From: an uncultured Actinomycetes bacterium
GTDB lineage: Bacteria; Actinomycetota; Thermoleophilia; Solirubrobacterales; 70-9
Assembly: GCA_963753445.1 (NCBI GenBank)
Contig: CAVWCG010000003.1
Span: forward strand, 100,592-164,591
Direction: 5' to 3'
Length of the DNA stretch: 64,000 bases
Positions 1 through 9,740 of this stretch are shown piece by piece. Made by a program: the position numbers and the translations under genes. The notes beneath the pieces are model-generated. The model was not told the DNA's origin and searched no databases. It saw only the letters and a program-made list of their open reading frames with translations. How positions within the stretch are numbered: position 1 is the stretch's first letter; every line of letters begins with the position of its first letter.

Positions 1-406
1 CCTCGCCGAAATGGACCCAGCTGAGCGCCCCGCCGAGCGACCAGAGGAAGAGGCTAGGCCACCCTTCGCAGCCGTAAGTCATCCACAGCTCGCGCCCGGC
101 GTCGATCGCCACCGGGAACTCGACTCCGAGGCGTCCCAGCCCCGCCGCGATCGCGTCGCGATCGGCGCCGAAGGGGAAGCGCGGCGCCTGCACGCCGATC
201 ACCGAGAGGCCCGCCTCGCGGTAGCGCCGCGCCCACTCGCCGAGGTAGGGGAGGGTGCGAACGCTGTTCAGCTGCGCGAAGTCGAGGAAGTGGACGATCG
301 CCGGGCCGCCCGCGGTGAGCGCCGGCATCGAGTCGGGTTCGGCGCCGATCCATTCCAGCCCCGACGGCAGGTCGGGTGCGGCGATGTTGTCGCGTCCGGG
401 GCGCAC
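1..406 (-). CDS. thioredoxin-fold (DipZ C-terminal-like) protein, 3' end beyond window edge
   Basis: Absent from the ORF track because it runs off the window. My minus-strand translation from GTG at 406 reads VRPGRDNIAAPDLPSGLEWIGAEP...AIVHFLDFAQLNSVRTLPYLGEWARRYREAGLSVIGVQAPRFPFG...VEFPVAIDAGRELWMTYGCEGWPSLFLW. It stays open to position 1 and has high GC3. The start codon is uncertain. Confidence 0.55.
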   Translation of the reverse strand, partial: MRPGRDNIAAPDLPSGLEWIGAEPDSMPALTAGGPAIVHFLDFAQLNSVRTLPYLGEWARRYREAGLSVIGVQAPRFPFGADRDAIAAGLGRLGVEFPVAIDAGRELWMTYGCEGWPSLFLWSLGGALSWVHFGE

Positions 407-459
407 GGGCGCCTGACGTTATCCTGGCGCGCCGCGCCGCGGCTCGGGGGCCGCCGCCG

Positions 460-1860
460 ATGAGCTTCACGCTGCCCTTCGCCCACGCCCTCGTCGCCAA
501 GCAGGACCTGCCGATCCCCGCCTGGCTCTTTGCCTGGGCGGCCTCGATCGTCCTCGTCGTCTCCTTCTTCGCGCTCTCCGCCGCCTGGCGCAAGCCGGTG
601 TTCGAGGAGGAACGCTGGCGCCCCTCGGCGGCCTGGCTCAGCGCCGTCCTGCGCTCCTGGCCGCTGCAGATCCTCTGCGGCGGGCTCGCCGTCTTCCTGC
701 TCGGGGTCGGCATCTACTCCGGCATCCACGGCACCGAAGCGCCCGACCGCAACTTCGCGATCACCTTCTTCTTCGTCACCGCCTGGATCGGCTTCCCCTT
801 CGTCTCGGCGCTGTTCGGCGACGTCTTCCCGATCTTCAACCCGTGGCGGGCGATCGCCCGAGTCGCGGCCGGCGCCTATGCGCTCCTCGCCCACCGTCGT
901 TTCCGGCACCTCGCATACCCGGAGCGGCTCGGCCGCTGGCCCGCGGCGGTCGGCCTGCTCGGCTTCGTCTGGCTCGAGGTCGTCTACGGCTCCAGCGGCG
1001 GCGTCGCCGTCGGCCTCGAACCCCACGCCGCGGGCGTCGCCGCCTGCGTCTACACCGGCTACTCGCTGGCGATGATGGCCCTTTTCGGCACCGAGGTCTG
1101 GTGCTCGCGTGGCGAGATCTTCTCGGTCTATTTCGGGATGTTCTCCCAGCTCGCCCCGTTCGGATCGAAGGACGGCCGGATCGGCCGCCGCCGGCCGCTC
1201 GCGGCGGCGACCCACTGGGTGGCCGGCGTTCCCGGCTCGACCGCCCTCGTGATCGCCTCGATCGCGTCGACCAGCTTCGACGGGGCCGAGGGCGGCGCCT
1301 TCAAACCCGGACTGGAACAAGTCGGTGACTGGATCTCCGGCGTCGGCGTCGGGCCGCTCGCCACGGTCCGCATCACCGACTCGATCTTCATGCTGGCGAC
1401 CGTCCTCGCGGTCGCGGGCGTATACCTCCTCGGGGTGCGGGGGATGCGCTCGATCCCCGGCGCGCCGCCGTTCAAGGATCTGCAGCGTGGCTTCGCCCAC
1501 ACCTTGATCCCGATCGCGCTGGCCTACCTGATCGCCCACTACTTCAGTCTCTTCGTCTACCAGGAGCAGGCCCAGTTCACCTACCTGCTCTCCGATCCCC
1601 TGGGGACCTCGACCACGGACCTCTTCGGCACCGCGGAATACGGGATCAACTTCAACTCCCTGACCCCGAATCTCATCTGGTACGTCCAGGTCGCCGCGCT
1701 GCTCGTCGGCCATGTCCTCGGCCTGACTCTCGCCCACGACCGCGCCCTCGTCTACTGGCGCAACTACCGCCTCGCCACCCGCTCTCAGTACTGGATGCTC
1801 GCGGTGATGGTCGCCTTCACCTGCTTCGGGCTCTATCTGCTCTCGACGGGGGGTGCGTGA
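460..1860 (+). CDS. polytopic integral membrane protein, family not recognised
   Basis: ORF 376..1860. I place the start at ATG 460 (MSFTLPFAHALVAK...). It has many hydrophobic spans and high GC3 throughout. Confidence 0.7.
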   Translation: MSFTLPFAHALVAKQDLPIPAWLFAWAASIVLVVSFFALSAAWRKPVFEEERWRPSAAWLSAVLRSWPLQILCGGLAVFLLGVGIYSGIHGTEAPDRNFAITFFFVTAWIGFPFVSALFGDVFPIFNPWRAIARVAAGAYALLAHRRFRHLAYPERLGRWPAAVGLLGFVWLEVVYGSSGGVAVGLEPHAAGVAACVYTGYSLAMMALFGTEVWCSRGEIFSVYFGMFSQLAPFGSKDGRIGRRRPLAAATHWVAGVPGSTALVIASIASTSFDGAEGGAFKPGLEQVGDWISGVGVGPLATVRITDSIFMLATVLAVAGVYLLGVRGMRSIPGAPPFKDLQRGFAHTLIPIALAYLIAHYFSLFVYQEQAQFTYLLSDPLGTSTTDLFGTAEYGINFNSLTPNLIWYVQVAALLVGHVLGLTLAHDRALVYWRNYRLATRSQYWMLAVMVAFTCFGLYLLSTGGA

Positions 1861-2009
1861 TGGGCGCGCTCACCGCCCTCCCGCTCGGCCACATCGGCCA
1901 CTGGCTGTGGGTCTTCTACGTGATGCCGGCGCTGATCGTCATCGGCGGCATCATCCGCTCGACCCGGGCCGAGAAAAAGCGCGAACGCTGGGAGGAGAAG
2001 GAGCGCTGA
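1860..2009 (+). CDS. small (49 aa) membrane protein, translationally coupled to upstream gene
   Basis: Below the ORF-track length cutoff. ATG 1860 overlaps the upstream stop in an ATGA. The product is MGALTALPLGHIGHWLWVFYVMPALIVIGGIIRSTRAEKKRERWEEKER: one hydrophobic span plus a basic tail, GC3-rich. Confidence 0.5.
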   Translation: MGALTALPLGHIGHWLWVFYVMPALIVIGGIIRSTRAEKKRERWEEKER

Positions 2010-2111
2010 CCAGTATCGCCTCATTTGGCCGACAAACTCTTGAGTGTTGACAGGCGTCGGGCCTTTTGACAGGTTGGACGCCGCTCAGCGTCTCGATCCC
2101 CAGGAGGCACC

Positions 2112-2666
2112 GTGAAGTCCTTGTCTCGCTCGCCGCCGCCGCAGCGCCCGTCGTCTCCGCGGCCTTCCGTTGCTCGGCCGGCGCGGAAATCATCACGGTC
2201 GGGCCGCTGCTGAACGGCGGTACCTGGACGGCGAAACCATGCGAATCCAGCGGGTGCGCGTTGCTCAACGACTACGGGAAGGCACCGGAACCGGGGGTTC
2301 CGCCGGTTTGGCCGAACACGCCGACGCGGGAATAACTTCGAGACGGCGAGCGCCCGAGTAGCGGTCGTGGCCTCGGCTGGAGTCCAGACCTATCCGATGT
2401 CGATGCCGGTCGCCGCCGGCGACCTGGTCGCGCTGAGCATGTCGGGGGGCACCTCGATCCGCATCCTCGACGGGCTTGGGGAATCTCGCGCTGGACCTTG
2501 GACCCGCCTGAAAGCGGGTCGTCGCCCTATGCCGTCCGAGGTCCCGGGCTGGCCGGCTTCAACGTCGAAATGCCCCGGATCACAGTTCGCGTCCGGGGGA
2601 AAGGTCGCGGTGACGCTGAGGCTGCCGAATGCGGCCCACGATGAGCACGGCAAAGGCAAGCACTGA
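2112..2666 (+). pseudogene. multiply frame-disrupted gene for a small secreted protein (or two short ORFs)
   Basis: AGGAGG at 2103-2108 precedes GTG 2112. A signal-peptide-like LVSLAAAAAPVVSAAFRCSAGA follows in the frame of ORF 2066..2335. Coding-like GC3 then continues in the frame of ORF 2367..2666 (GVQTYPMSMPVAAGDLVALSMSGGTSIRILDG) and appears to change frame twice more. No single open frame covers the region. Confidence 0.3.
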
Positions 2667-2670
2667 GCTT

Positions 2671-2713
2671 GCGCGGTGCGAAATCCCCGTATGCCGGGGA
2701 TTTCGAACCGCGC
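2671..2713. terminator. bidirectional hairpin between convergent genes
   Basis: The 18-bp stem gcgcggtgcgaaatcccc / ggggatttcgaaccgcgc has one mismatch and a 7-nt loop. The right arm touches the sufD stop codon. Confidence 0.6.
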
Positions 2714-3873
2714 TAGAGGATCTCGCCGAGGCGGGTCTCGAGCGCGGCGGAGATCTCGTCGCGGACCGGGCCCTCGGCGAGCCGTTCGACCAGCGCCTCG
2801 AGGAAGCCTTCGATCACCAGGCTCTTCGCGTCGGCCTCACCGAGGCCGCGCGAGGTCAGGTAGAAGAGCTGGTCCTTGTCGACCTGGGCGATCGCCGCGG
2901 CATGGGTGCAGCGGACGTCGTCGGCGAGGATCTTGAGGCCGGGGATCGCGTCGGCGTGCGCCTCCGGCGAGAGCAGCAGGTTGCGGCTCTCCTGGAAGGC
3001 GTCGGTTCCCTGGGCGCCCGGATCGACCTTGATCATGCCGCGCCAGACCGCCGTCGCCCCGGCCGCGAGGACGCCGCGGAAGGCGAGGTCGGAGTTGGTG
3101 TTCGGCGCCGCGTGCTCCTGGGTCGTGTCGTAGTCGAGGTGCTGGCCGGGGCCGCCGGCGTAGCCGCCGGTTACCCGCGCCTCGGAGCCGGGGCCCGCAA
3201 GTTTGGTCTCCATCCGCACCTTGCCGCGGGCCGAGCCGAAGCCGAGCGCCGACCAGTCGAGGCGGGCGTCGCGCTCCACCTGGGCGCGCTGGGTGGCGAA
3301 GATCCAGGCCTTCTCGGAGATGTCCTGGGTGTTGACGTAGCGCAGCGTCGCCGCCTGGCCGACCGCGAGCTCGACCACCGAGTTGAGCAGCGCGTCGACC
3401 TCGTCGTCGGGCGAGGACCAGTGCTCCCAGACCTCCGCCTCGGCGCCCTCCTCGAGCACGATCAGGGTGCGCCAGCTGACCGCGCTGCCGGTCGCCTCGA
3501 TCGGGACCTCGATCCGCACCGGCTCGGAGAGCTTGACCCCGCGCGGCACGTGGACGAGCACGCCGTCACGCCACTCGGACTCGTTGCGGGCCACGAAGGG
3601 ATCCTCGATCCCGACGAGACCACCCAGTTGCTCTTCGAGCAACTGGGGATGAGAGTCCAGGGCGTCACGCAGGCTGACCACCGTCGCGCCGTCCCCACCT
3701 TCGATGCGGGGCTCGGCGTCGGCCGGCGTGTAGGAGTCGAGGTCGAGGCTCGCCAGGTCGGTGAATTCCCAGCCCTTCGAGCGCGCGTCGGGGAGGGGGA
3801 GGGTCTCGGTCAGCGCGGCGCCACGCTGCCGCCGCTCCGCCAGCCACGCCGGCTCGGTCGCGAGCTCAGCCAA
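2713..3873 (-). CDS. sufD: Fe-S cluster assembly protein SufD
   Basis: ORF 2713..3873, 386 aa, SufD-like along its whole length. It overlaps sufB by 8 nt and is the last gene of the Rieske-sufB-sufD unit. Confidence 0.9.
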   Translation of the reverse strand: MAELATEPAWLAERRQRGAALTETLPLPDARSKGWEFTDLASLDLDSYTPADAEPRIEGGDGATVVSLRDALDSHPQLLEEQLGGLVGIEDPFVARNESEWRDGVLVHVPRGVKLSEPVRIEVPIEATGSAVSWRTLIVLEEGAEAEVWEHWSSPDDEVDALLNSVVELAVGQAATLRYVNTQDISEKAWIFATQRAQVERDARLDWSALGFGSARGKVRMETKLAGPGSEARVTGGYAGGPGQHLDYDTTQEHAAPNTNSDLAFRGVLAAGATAVWRGMIKVDPGAQGTDAFQESRNLLLSPEAHADAIPGLKILADDVRCTHAAAIAQVDKDQLFYLTSRGLGEADAKSLVIEGFLEALVERLAEGPVRDEISAALETRLGEIL

Positions 3874-5299
3874 TGGAGCCCTCCATCTGCAGCTCGATCA
3901 GCCGGTTGAGCTCGACCGCGTACTCCATCGGCAGCTCCTTGGTGACGGGCTCGATGAAGCCGTTGACGATCATCTTCGAGGCCTCCTCCTCGTCGAGCCC
4001 GCGGCTCTGCAGGTAGAAGAGCTGCTCGTCGCCGATCTTCGAGACGGTCGCCTCGTGGCCGACGTCGGCGTCGCTCTCGTCGATCCGGATCGTCGGGTAG
4101 GTGTCGGAGCGCGAGTCCTCGTCGAGGAGCAGCGCGTCGCAGACCACCTTCGAGCGGCTTTCGGTCGCCCCGTCGGCGATTTCCATCAGGCCGCGGTAGG
4201 TCGCCCGGCCGCCGTCCTTGGAGATCGACTTGGAGAAGATCGACGAGGAGGTGCGCGGCGCCCCGTGGATGATCTTGCCGCCCGCGTCCTGGTGCTGGCC
4301 GGCGCCGGCGAAGGCGATCGAGAGGATCTCGCCGTGGGCTTCGGGGCCGAGCAGGTAGATCGACGGGTACTTCATCGTCAGTTTCGACCCGAGGTTGCAG
4401 TCGACCCACTCCATCGTCGCCTTTTCGTGCGCGACGGCGCGCTTCGTGACGAGGTTGTAGACATTCTGCGACCAGTTCTGGACGGTCGTGTAACGGACCC
4501 GGGAGCTCGGCTTGGCGACGATCTCCACCACCGCCGAGTGCAGCGAGTCGCTCGAGTAGACGGGGGCGGTGCAGCCCTCGATGTAGTGGACGTCGGCGCC
4601 CTCCTCGCAGATGATCAGCGTCCGCTCGAACTGGCCCATGTTCTCGGTGTTGATCCGGAAGTAGGCCTGCAGCGGCATGTCGACCTTGACCCCGGCGGGG
4701 ACGTAGACGAACGAGCCGCCCGACCAGACCGCCGAGTTCAGCGCCGCCAGTTTGTTGTCGTTGGGCGGGATCACCGTCGCCCAGTACTCGCGCAGCAGGT
4801 CCTCGTGCTCGCGCAGGGCCGTGTCCATGTCGGTGAAGATCACGCCCTGTTCCTCGAGCTTCTCGTTGACCTGGTGGTAGACGACCTCGCTCTCGTACTG
4901 GGCGCCGACGCCGGAGAGGAATTTGCGCTCCGCCTCCGGGATCCCGAGGCGGTCGAAGGTGTATTTGATGTCCTCCGGGACCTCGCTCCAGTCGCGCGAG
5001 TTCTTGTCCGAGGCGCGCACGAAGTAATGGATGTCGTCGAAGTCGATCTGCGCGAGGTTGCCGCCCCAGCTCGGGGTCGGGCGCTGTTCGAAGTGTTCGA
5101 GCGCTTTCAGCCGGAAGTCGCGCATCCACTGCGGCTCTTCCTTGAAGTCGGAGATCGTTTCGACGACCTCGCGGCTCAGACCCTTCGGCGCTTTGTAGGC
5201 GTAGCCGGTCTCGGGATCGTTGAAGCCGAACTTCTCCTTGTAGTCGGCATTGATCCCGGAAAGCTCTCTTTTCTCGGCGAGTACCTCAGGCGTTGCCAT
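3866..5299 (-). CDS. sufB: Fe-S cluster assembly protein SufB
   Basis: ORF 3866..5299, 477 aa, with the strong SufB signature [42 protein letters not shown]. Confidence 0.95.
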   Translation of the reverse strand: MATPEVLAEKRELSGINADYKEKFGFNDPETGYAYKAPKGLSREVVETISDFKEEPQWMRDFRLKALEHFEQRPTPSWGGNLAQIDFDDIHYFVRASDKNSRDWSEVPEDIKYTFDRLGIPEAERKFLSGVGAQYESEVVYHQVNEKLEEQGVIFTDMDTALREHEDLLREYWATVIPPNDNKLAALNSAVWSGGSFVYVPAGVKVDMPLQAYFRINTENMGQFERTLIICEEGADVHYIEGCTAPVYSSDSLHSAVVEIVAKPSSRVRYTTVQNWSQNVYNLVTKRAVAHEKATMEWVDCNLGSKLTMKYPSIYLLGPEAHGEILSIAFAGAGQHQDAGGKIIHGAPRTSSSIFSKSISKDGGRATYRGLMEIADGATESRSKVVCDALLLDEDSRSDTYPTIRIDESDADVGHEATVSKIGDEQLFYLQSRGLDEEEASKMIVNGFIEPVTKELPMEYAVELNRLIELQMEGSIG

Positions 5300-5302
5300 G
5301 CG

Positions 5303-5632
5303 TTATGCGACCTCCAGGGTGACGGTGTCGTCCGCGACGGCGGTCGCGAACGTCTGCACCGGCTTGAATGCTGGGAGCGTCTTCGGCCTGCCGGTGGTCA
5401 GGTCGAAAAGTGAGCCGTGGCGCGGGCACTCGACGGTGCAGGTGCTCGGGTCGAACTCGCCCTCGGCGAGGGGCCCGTCGTCGTGCGAGCAGCGGTCCTC
5501 GATCGCGTAGATCGTGCCGTCGCAGTTGAAGACGCCGATCTTCATCCCCTCGTGCTCGACAAGGCGCATCGTGCCGGGCGGCAGCTCGGCCACGGGGCAC
5601 ACTGAGATCGTGGTTCCTGCGGTGTCGGTCAA
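5303..5632 (-). CDS. Rieske 2Fe-2S ferredoxin-like protein
   Basis: ORF 5303..5632, 109 aa, with Rieske motifs CSHDDGPL and CPRHGSLF. It uses a TTG start as listed and sits directly upstream of sufB. Confidence 0.85.
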   Translation of the reverse strand: MTDTAGTTISVCPVAELPPGTMRLVEHEGMKIGVFNCDGTIYAIEDRCSHDDGPLAEGEFDPSTCTVECPRHGSLFDLTTGRPKTLPAFKPVQTFATAVADDTVTLEVA

Positions 5633-5688
5633 GGGGAGATTGCTTCCCGGGGCGGCTCACTGCCCCAGTAGAGACGATGCCAAACGTT

Positions 5689-5713
5689 AAACCTACTAAC
5701 AGGGTCGGATTTT
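5689..5713. promoter_or_regulatory. candidate operator AAA-CCTAC-N7-GTCGG-ATTTT upstream of Rieske-sufBD
   Basis: An AT-flanked imperfect inverted repeat lies in the divergent promoter region. The same architecture recurs at 9675-9699, upstream of the Rrf2-sufCSU unit. Confidence 0.35.
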
Positions 5714-5834
5714 AGCGGTCGGCCACCCTGGCGCCTCCTCCGGGGTGGACACGCGCGTTTCTTCACCGTCTGGCGATGACTTTCCGCCGCGAGCGTGGTC
5801 TTATCGACGTAACCCGATTCGAAGGAGGAGAGCG

Positions 5835-6635
5835 ATGAGCGAGAGGACCAGCTACGAGCCCGGCACGCCCTGCTGGGTGGAACTGAGCGGCACCCCCGAT
5901 ATCGACGCGAGCGAGGCTTTCTACCGCGCCCTGCTCGGCTGGGAGATCCCGGAGCAGCCGAACTCGGCCGAACTGGGCGGCTACCGCCGCGCCAAGCTGA
6001 ACGGCAGGGACGTCGCCGGCGTCTCGCCGAAGATGGAGGACTCGCAGCCCTGCGTCTGGGCGACCTACGTGTCGGTCGCCGATGCCGACGCGACGCTCGC
6101 CGCGGTCCGCGACGCGGGGGGCCAGGTGATCGTCGAGCCGATCGACGTGATGGGGATGGGCAAGATGGCCGTCTTCACCGACCCGACCGGCGCCGTCTGC
6201 GGGATCTGGGAGCCCGGCACCTTCGTCGGCGCCGAGCTGGTCAACGAGGACGGAACCTTCGGCTGGAACGAACTCGGCACCCGCGACGTCCCCGCCGCCC
6301 GCGAGTTCTACGGCAAGGTCTTCGGCTGGACCGTCGAAGAGCAGGAGATGCCGGGGATGGGCACCTACCACGTCTGGAAGGACGGCGAGGCAGTGCGCGG
6401 CGGCATGATGGACATCACCGGCATGGCGCCGGACGAGGCGCCGCCCCACTGGCTCGTCTATTTCACCGTCCCCGACGCCGACGCGACGGCGGCGACCGCC
6501 GGTTCGAGCGGCGGCCAGGTCCTGAACGGACCGATCGATATCAGCGTCGGCCGGCTGGCGGTGCTGATGGATCCGCAGGGCGCGATGTTCGCGGTCCTTG
6601 CGCCGAGCGACGAGACGCGGGAAAACGCCCCGTAG
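5835..6635 (+). CDS. two-domain VOC/glyoxalase-fold protein (Cfp32/Rv0577-like)
   Basis: ORF 5745..6635, with the start moved to ATG 5835 behind GAAGGAGGAG. It has two tandem VOC halves (GTPCWVEL..., TFGWNEL...). The resemblance to mycobacterial Cfp32 is from memory. Confidence 0.85.
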   Translation: MSERTSYEPGTPCWVELSGTPDIDASEAFYRALLGWEIPEQPNSAELGGYRRAKLNGRDVAGVSPKMEDSQPCVWATYVSVADADATLAAVRDAGGQVIVEPIDVMGMGKMAVFTDPTGAVCGIWEPGTFVGAELVNEDGTFGWNELGTRDVPAAREFYGKVFGWTVEEQEMPGMGTYHVWKDGEAVRGGMMDITGMAPDEAPPHWLVYFTVPDADATAATAGSSGGQVLNGPIDISVGRLAVLMDPQGAMFAVLAPSDETRENAP

Positions 6636-6641
6636 GACTGG

Positions 6642-7073
6642 TCAGGAGAGGTCGGCGACCGCTTCGGTCGGGTCGCCGGCCTCGCCCTCGTCCTCCCATT
6701 CGGCGGGCTGGCCGAGGGCGGCCGACTTGACGATCTTGAGGCCGAGCATCGCGCACTTCATCCGCGTCGCCGAGATGTCGATGCCGAGCAGCTCGAGCAC
6801 GTAGTCCTTCGGCAGCCGCAGCAGCTCTTCGCGGCTCATGCCGATCAGCTCGTCGGTCAGCAGCGAGGTGGCGGCGGTCGAGATCGCGCAGCCTTTGCCC
6901 TCGAAGGCGACCTCGGAGACCTTGTCGTCGGCGTCGAGCTTGATCGTCACGCGCTGCTCGTCGCCGCAGAAGGGGTTGGTGTCCTCGAACGCGAGGTCGG
7001 CGTCCTCGACGACCCCGAAATTGTGGGGCCGCTTGTAGTGCTCGAGGATCTGGTCGCGGTAGAGCTCGTCCAT
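6642..7073 (-). CDS. sufU: SUF-type Fe-S scaffold SufU (NifU/IscU-like)
   Basis: ORF 6642..7073, 143 aa. The three Cys ligand motifs are NPFCGDE, GKGCAIS and RMKCAML. It has a short acidic C-terminal tail. Confidence 0.9.
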   Translation of the reverse strand: MDELYRDQILEHYKRPHNFGVVEDADLAFEDTNPFCGDEQRVTIKLDADDKVSEVAFEGKGCAISTAATSLLTDELIGMSREELLRLPKDYVLELLGIDISATRMKCAMLGLKIVKSAALGQPAEWEDEGEAGDPTEAVADLS

Positions 7074-7093
7074 GGTTCGAGGCTAGCGAAGCG

Positions 7094-8377
7094 TCAGAGT
7101 CCAAAAACGCGGCGGGCGTCTTCGAGGCCCCGGGCGAGGCGGTCGATCTCCGCGGTCGTGCTGTAGACGCCGAAGCTGGCGCGGGCGGTGGCGGCGATGC
7201 CGAGCCGCTCCATCAGCACCTGCGCGCAGTGGTGGCCGGCGCGGACGGCGACGCCGTGGCGGTCGAGGATCTCGGAGACGTCGTGGGCGTGGATGCCGTC
7301 GATGTCGAAGGAGACCGGGCCGAGCCGCTCGGTGCCGCGCGGCGGGCCGAAGACGCGCAGGCCGGGGACCTCGGCGAGGCGGGCGAGGGTGTAGTCGGCG
7401 ATCTGGCGCTCGTGGTCGCGGACCGCCTCCATGCCGAGCCTGTCGTCGAGCCACTCGATCGCGGCGGCCATCCCGATCGCCTGGGCGATCGCCGGGGTGC
7501 CCGCCTCGAAGCGAGCGGGGACATCGGCATAGGTGGTGCCCTCGCGCGTCACCTTGCGGATCATCGAGCCGCCGCCGAGGAAGGGCGGCATCGCGCGCAG
7601 CAGGTCGAGCCTGCCCCAGAGCGCCCCGATCCCGGTCGGCGCGTAGAGCTTGTGGCCGGTCAGCGCGTAGAAGTCGACGCCGAGCGCGCCGACGTCGAGC
7701 GGCAGCTTCGGCGCCGCCTGGGCGCCGTCGGCGACGACGATCGCGCCGGCCTCGTGGGCCATCGCGCTGATCTCGGCGAGCGGGTTCTCGGTGCCGAGGA
7801 CGTTGGAGACGTGGGCGACGGCAAGGACCTTCGGGCCGCGCTCCAGCAGCTTCGCCAGCGCGTCCAGATCGAGCCCGCCGCTGTCGTCGATCGGCGCCCA
7901 GTCGATCTCCGCGCCGACCCGCTCGGCGAGCTGCTGCCAGGGGACGACGTTCGAGTGGTGCTCCATCTCGGTGATCACGATGCGGTCGCCGGCGCCGACG
8001 TTGGCGTCGCCCCAGGCCCGGGCGACAAGGTTCAGCGCCTCGGTCGCGTTGCGGACGAAGACGACCTCGCGGCGATCGGCGGCGCCGATGTGGCGGGCGA
8101 CCGTGGCGCGCGCCCCCTCGTAAGCCTCGGTCGCCTCGGCCGAGAGGGTGTGGGAGCCGCGGTGGACATTCGAGTGGTGGCGGCGCTCGTAGTCGTCGAC
8201 CGCCTCGATCGAGGCGAGCACCCGCTGCGCGGAGGCGCCGCTGTCGAGGTAGGCGACCGGGACCCCGTGGACCTGGCGCTCGAGCAGCGGGAACTGGGCG
8301 CGCACCCAGTCGATCGGGAACGCGTTCCCGGCGTCGACGGCGCCGGCGTCGGGGCTCTTCGCGGTCGCCTGCTCCAT
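7094..8377 (-). CDS. sufS: cysteine desulfurase SufS
   Basis: ORF 7094..8377, 427 aa. It carries a PLP-lysine context HKLYAPTGIGALWG and an active-site Cys context RAGHHCAQ. Confidence 0.93.
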   Translation of the reverse strand: MEQATAKSPDAGAVDAGNAFPIDWVRAQFPLLERQVHGVPVAYLDSGASAQRVLASIEAVDDYERRHHSNVHRGSHTLSAEATEAYEGARATVARHIGAADRREVVFVRNATEALNLVARAWGDANVGAGDRIVITEMEHHSNVVPWQQLAERVGAEIDWAPIDDSGGLDLDALAKLLERGPKVLAVAHVSNVLGTENPLAEISAMAHEAGAIVVADGAQAAPKLPLDVGALGVDFYALTGHKLYAPTGIGALWGRLDLLRAMPPFLGGGSMIRKVTREGTTYADVPARFEAGTPAIAQAIGMAAAIEWLDDRLGMEAVRDHERQIADYTLARLAEVPGLRVFGPPRGTERLGPVSFDIDGIHAHDVSEILDRHGVAVRAGHHCAQVLMERLGIAATARASFGVYSTTAEIDRLARGLEDARRVFGL

Positions 8378-8387
8378 CGCGAGGCGG

Positions 8388-9158
<771 letters not shown>

Positions 9159-9196
9159 TTCGCTCCGTTTCTCGGTCTTTCGGGAAGTTGGTGGTG

Positions 9197-9667
9197 CTAT
9201 GCGGCGCGGACGATCGCCGCCTCGCTGCGCCCCTGTGGCGAGGAGAACTCGACCAGCTCGGCCAGCGTGGTGCCCGCCAGCGCCTTGGTGACGCCGTTCT
9301 GCACCCGGGTCCAGAGCAGCTTCGTCGAGCAGGCGCGGTCGCCATCGTCCTCGTGCGAGCAGAGGACGCGACCCTCGGGCGTCTCGTGGAAGCACTCCAT
9401 CGGCGCGATCTGGCCTTCGAGGGCCTCGACGACCGCGTCCATCGTGATCTCCCCGGCCGGCTTGGCGAGCCGGTAGCCCCCGTGGGCGCCGCGGGTCGAG
9501 GTGACCAGGCCGGCCTTGCGCAGTTTGGCGACCAGGTGCTCGAGATAGGAGAGCGGCAGCCGCTCCGCTTCGGCGACCGAGTTGAGCGAGATCGGGGTCG
9601 ACCCGGGCTGGCGACCGAGCTCGATCATCAGGCGCACGCCGTACTCGGCTTTGGTCGAGAACAACAT
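9197..9667 (-). CDS. Rrf2-family transcriptional regulator (IscR/NsrR-like) heading sufCSU
   Basis: ORF 9197..9670. The ATG at 9667 gives MLFSTKAEYGVRLMIEL..., a winged HTH. There are three Cys in the C-terminal half (MEC, VLC, RAC). Confidence 0.85.
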   Translation of the reverse strand: MLFSTKAEYGVRLMIELGRQPGSTPISLNSVAEAERLPLSYLEHLVAKLRKAGLVTSTRGAHGGYRLAKPAGEITMDAVVEALEGQIAPMECFHETPEGRVLCSHEDDGDRACSTKLLWTRVQNGVTKALAGTTLAELVEFSSPQGRSEAAIVRAA

Positions 9668-9674
9668 CAAAACG

Positions 9675-9699
9675 AAATCCTACCGAAGCGGTCGGTTTT
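9675..9699. promoter_or_regulatory. candidate operator AAAT-CCTAC-N7-GTCGG-TTTT next to the Rrf2 gene start
   Basis: This has the same CCTAC-N7-GTCGG core with A/T flanks as 5689-5713. It ends 8 nt from the Rrf2 ATG. Confidence 0.35.
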
Positions 9700-9740
9700 G
9701 GTCCGCGCGGGCACCGGGCGGCGCACCGCGGCCTGACCGC

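Noticed and set aside
268-1737. Long Arg/Pro/Gly-rich ORFs antisense or out of frame to convincing genes. Examples are 268..1737, 2629..3909, 3761..5413, 7229..8479, 12181..13965, 24189..26342, 31609..33021, 35236..37293, 48542..50128 and 62073..63833.
   Set aside because: These are typical shadow ORFs of a 70% GC genome. They have low-complexity R/P/G/A composition and no recognisable motifs. Each overlaps a gene with strong family signatures on the other strand or frame.
2047-2071. Two TTGACA hexamers (2047-2052 and 2066-2071) as -35 elements for the gene at 2112.
   Set aside because: I could not find a convincing TANNNT -10 element at the right spacing from either hexamer. I left them unannotated.
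2112-2666. Paralogy between the scrambled secreted-protein remnant and the secreted protein at 58985..59755.
   Set aside because: They share only a vague resemblance in one short segment (PMSMPVAAGDLVALSMS versus HPLTVLQGQVVALTVP). That is not enough to claim homology without an alignment tool.
2671-2713. A tRNA-like T-arm string (GGTTCGAAATCCCC on the minus strand) as a tRNA fragment or integrase attachment-site remnant.
   Set aside because: There is no acceptor, D or anticodon arm around it. No integrase or foreign DNA is adjacent. The sequence is fully explained as one arm of a terminator hairpin.
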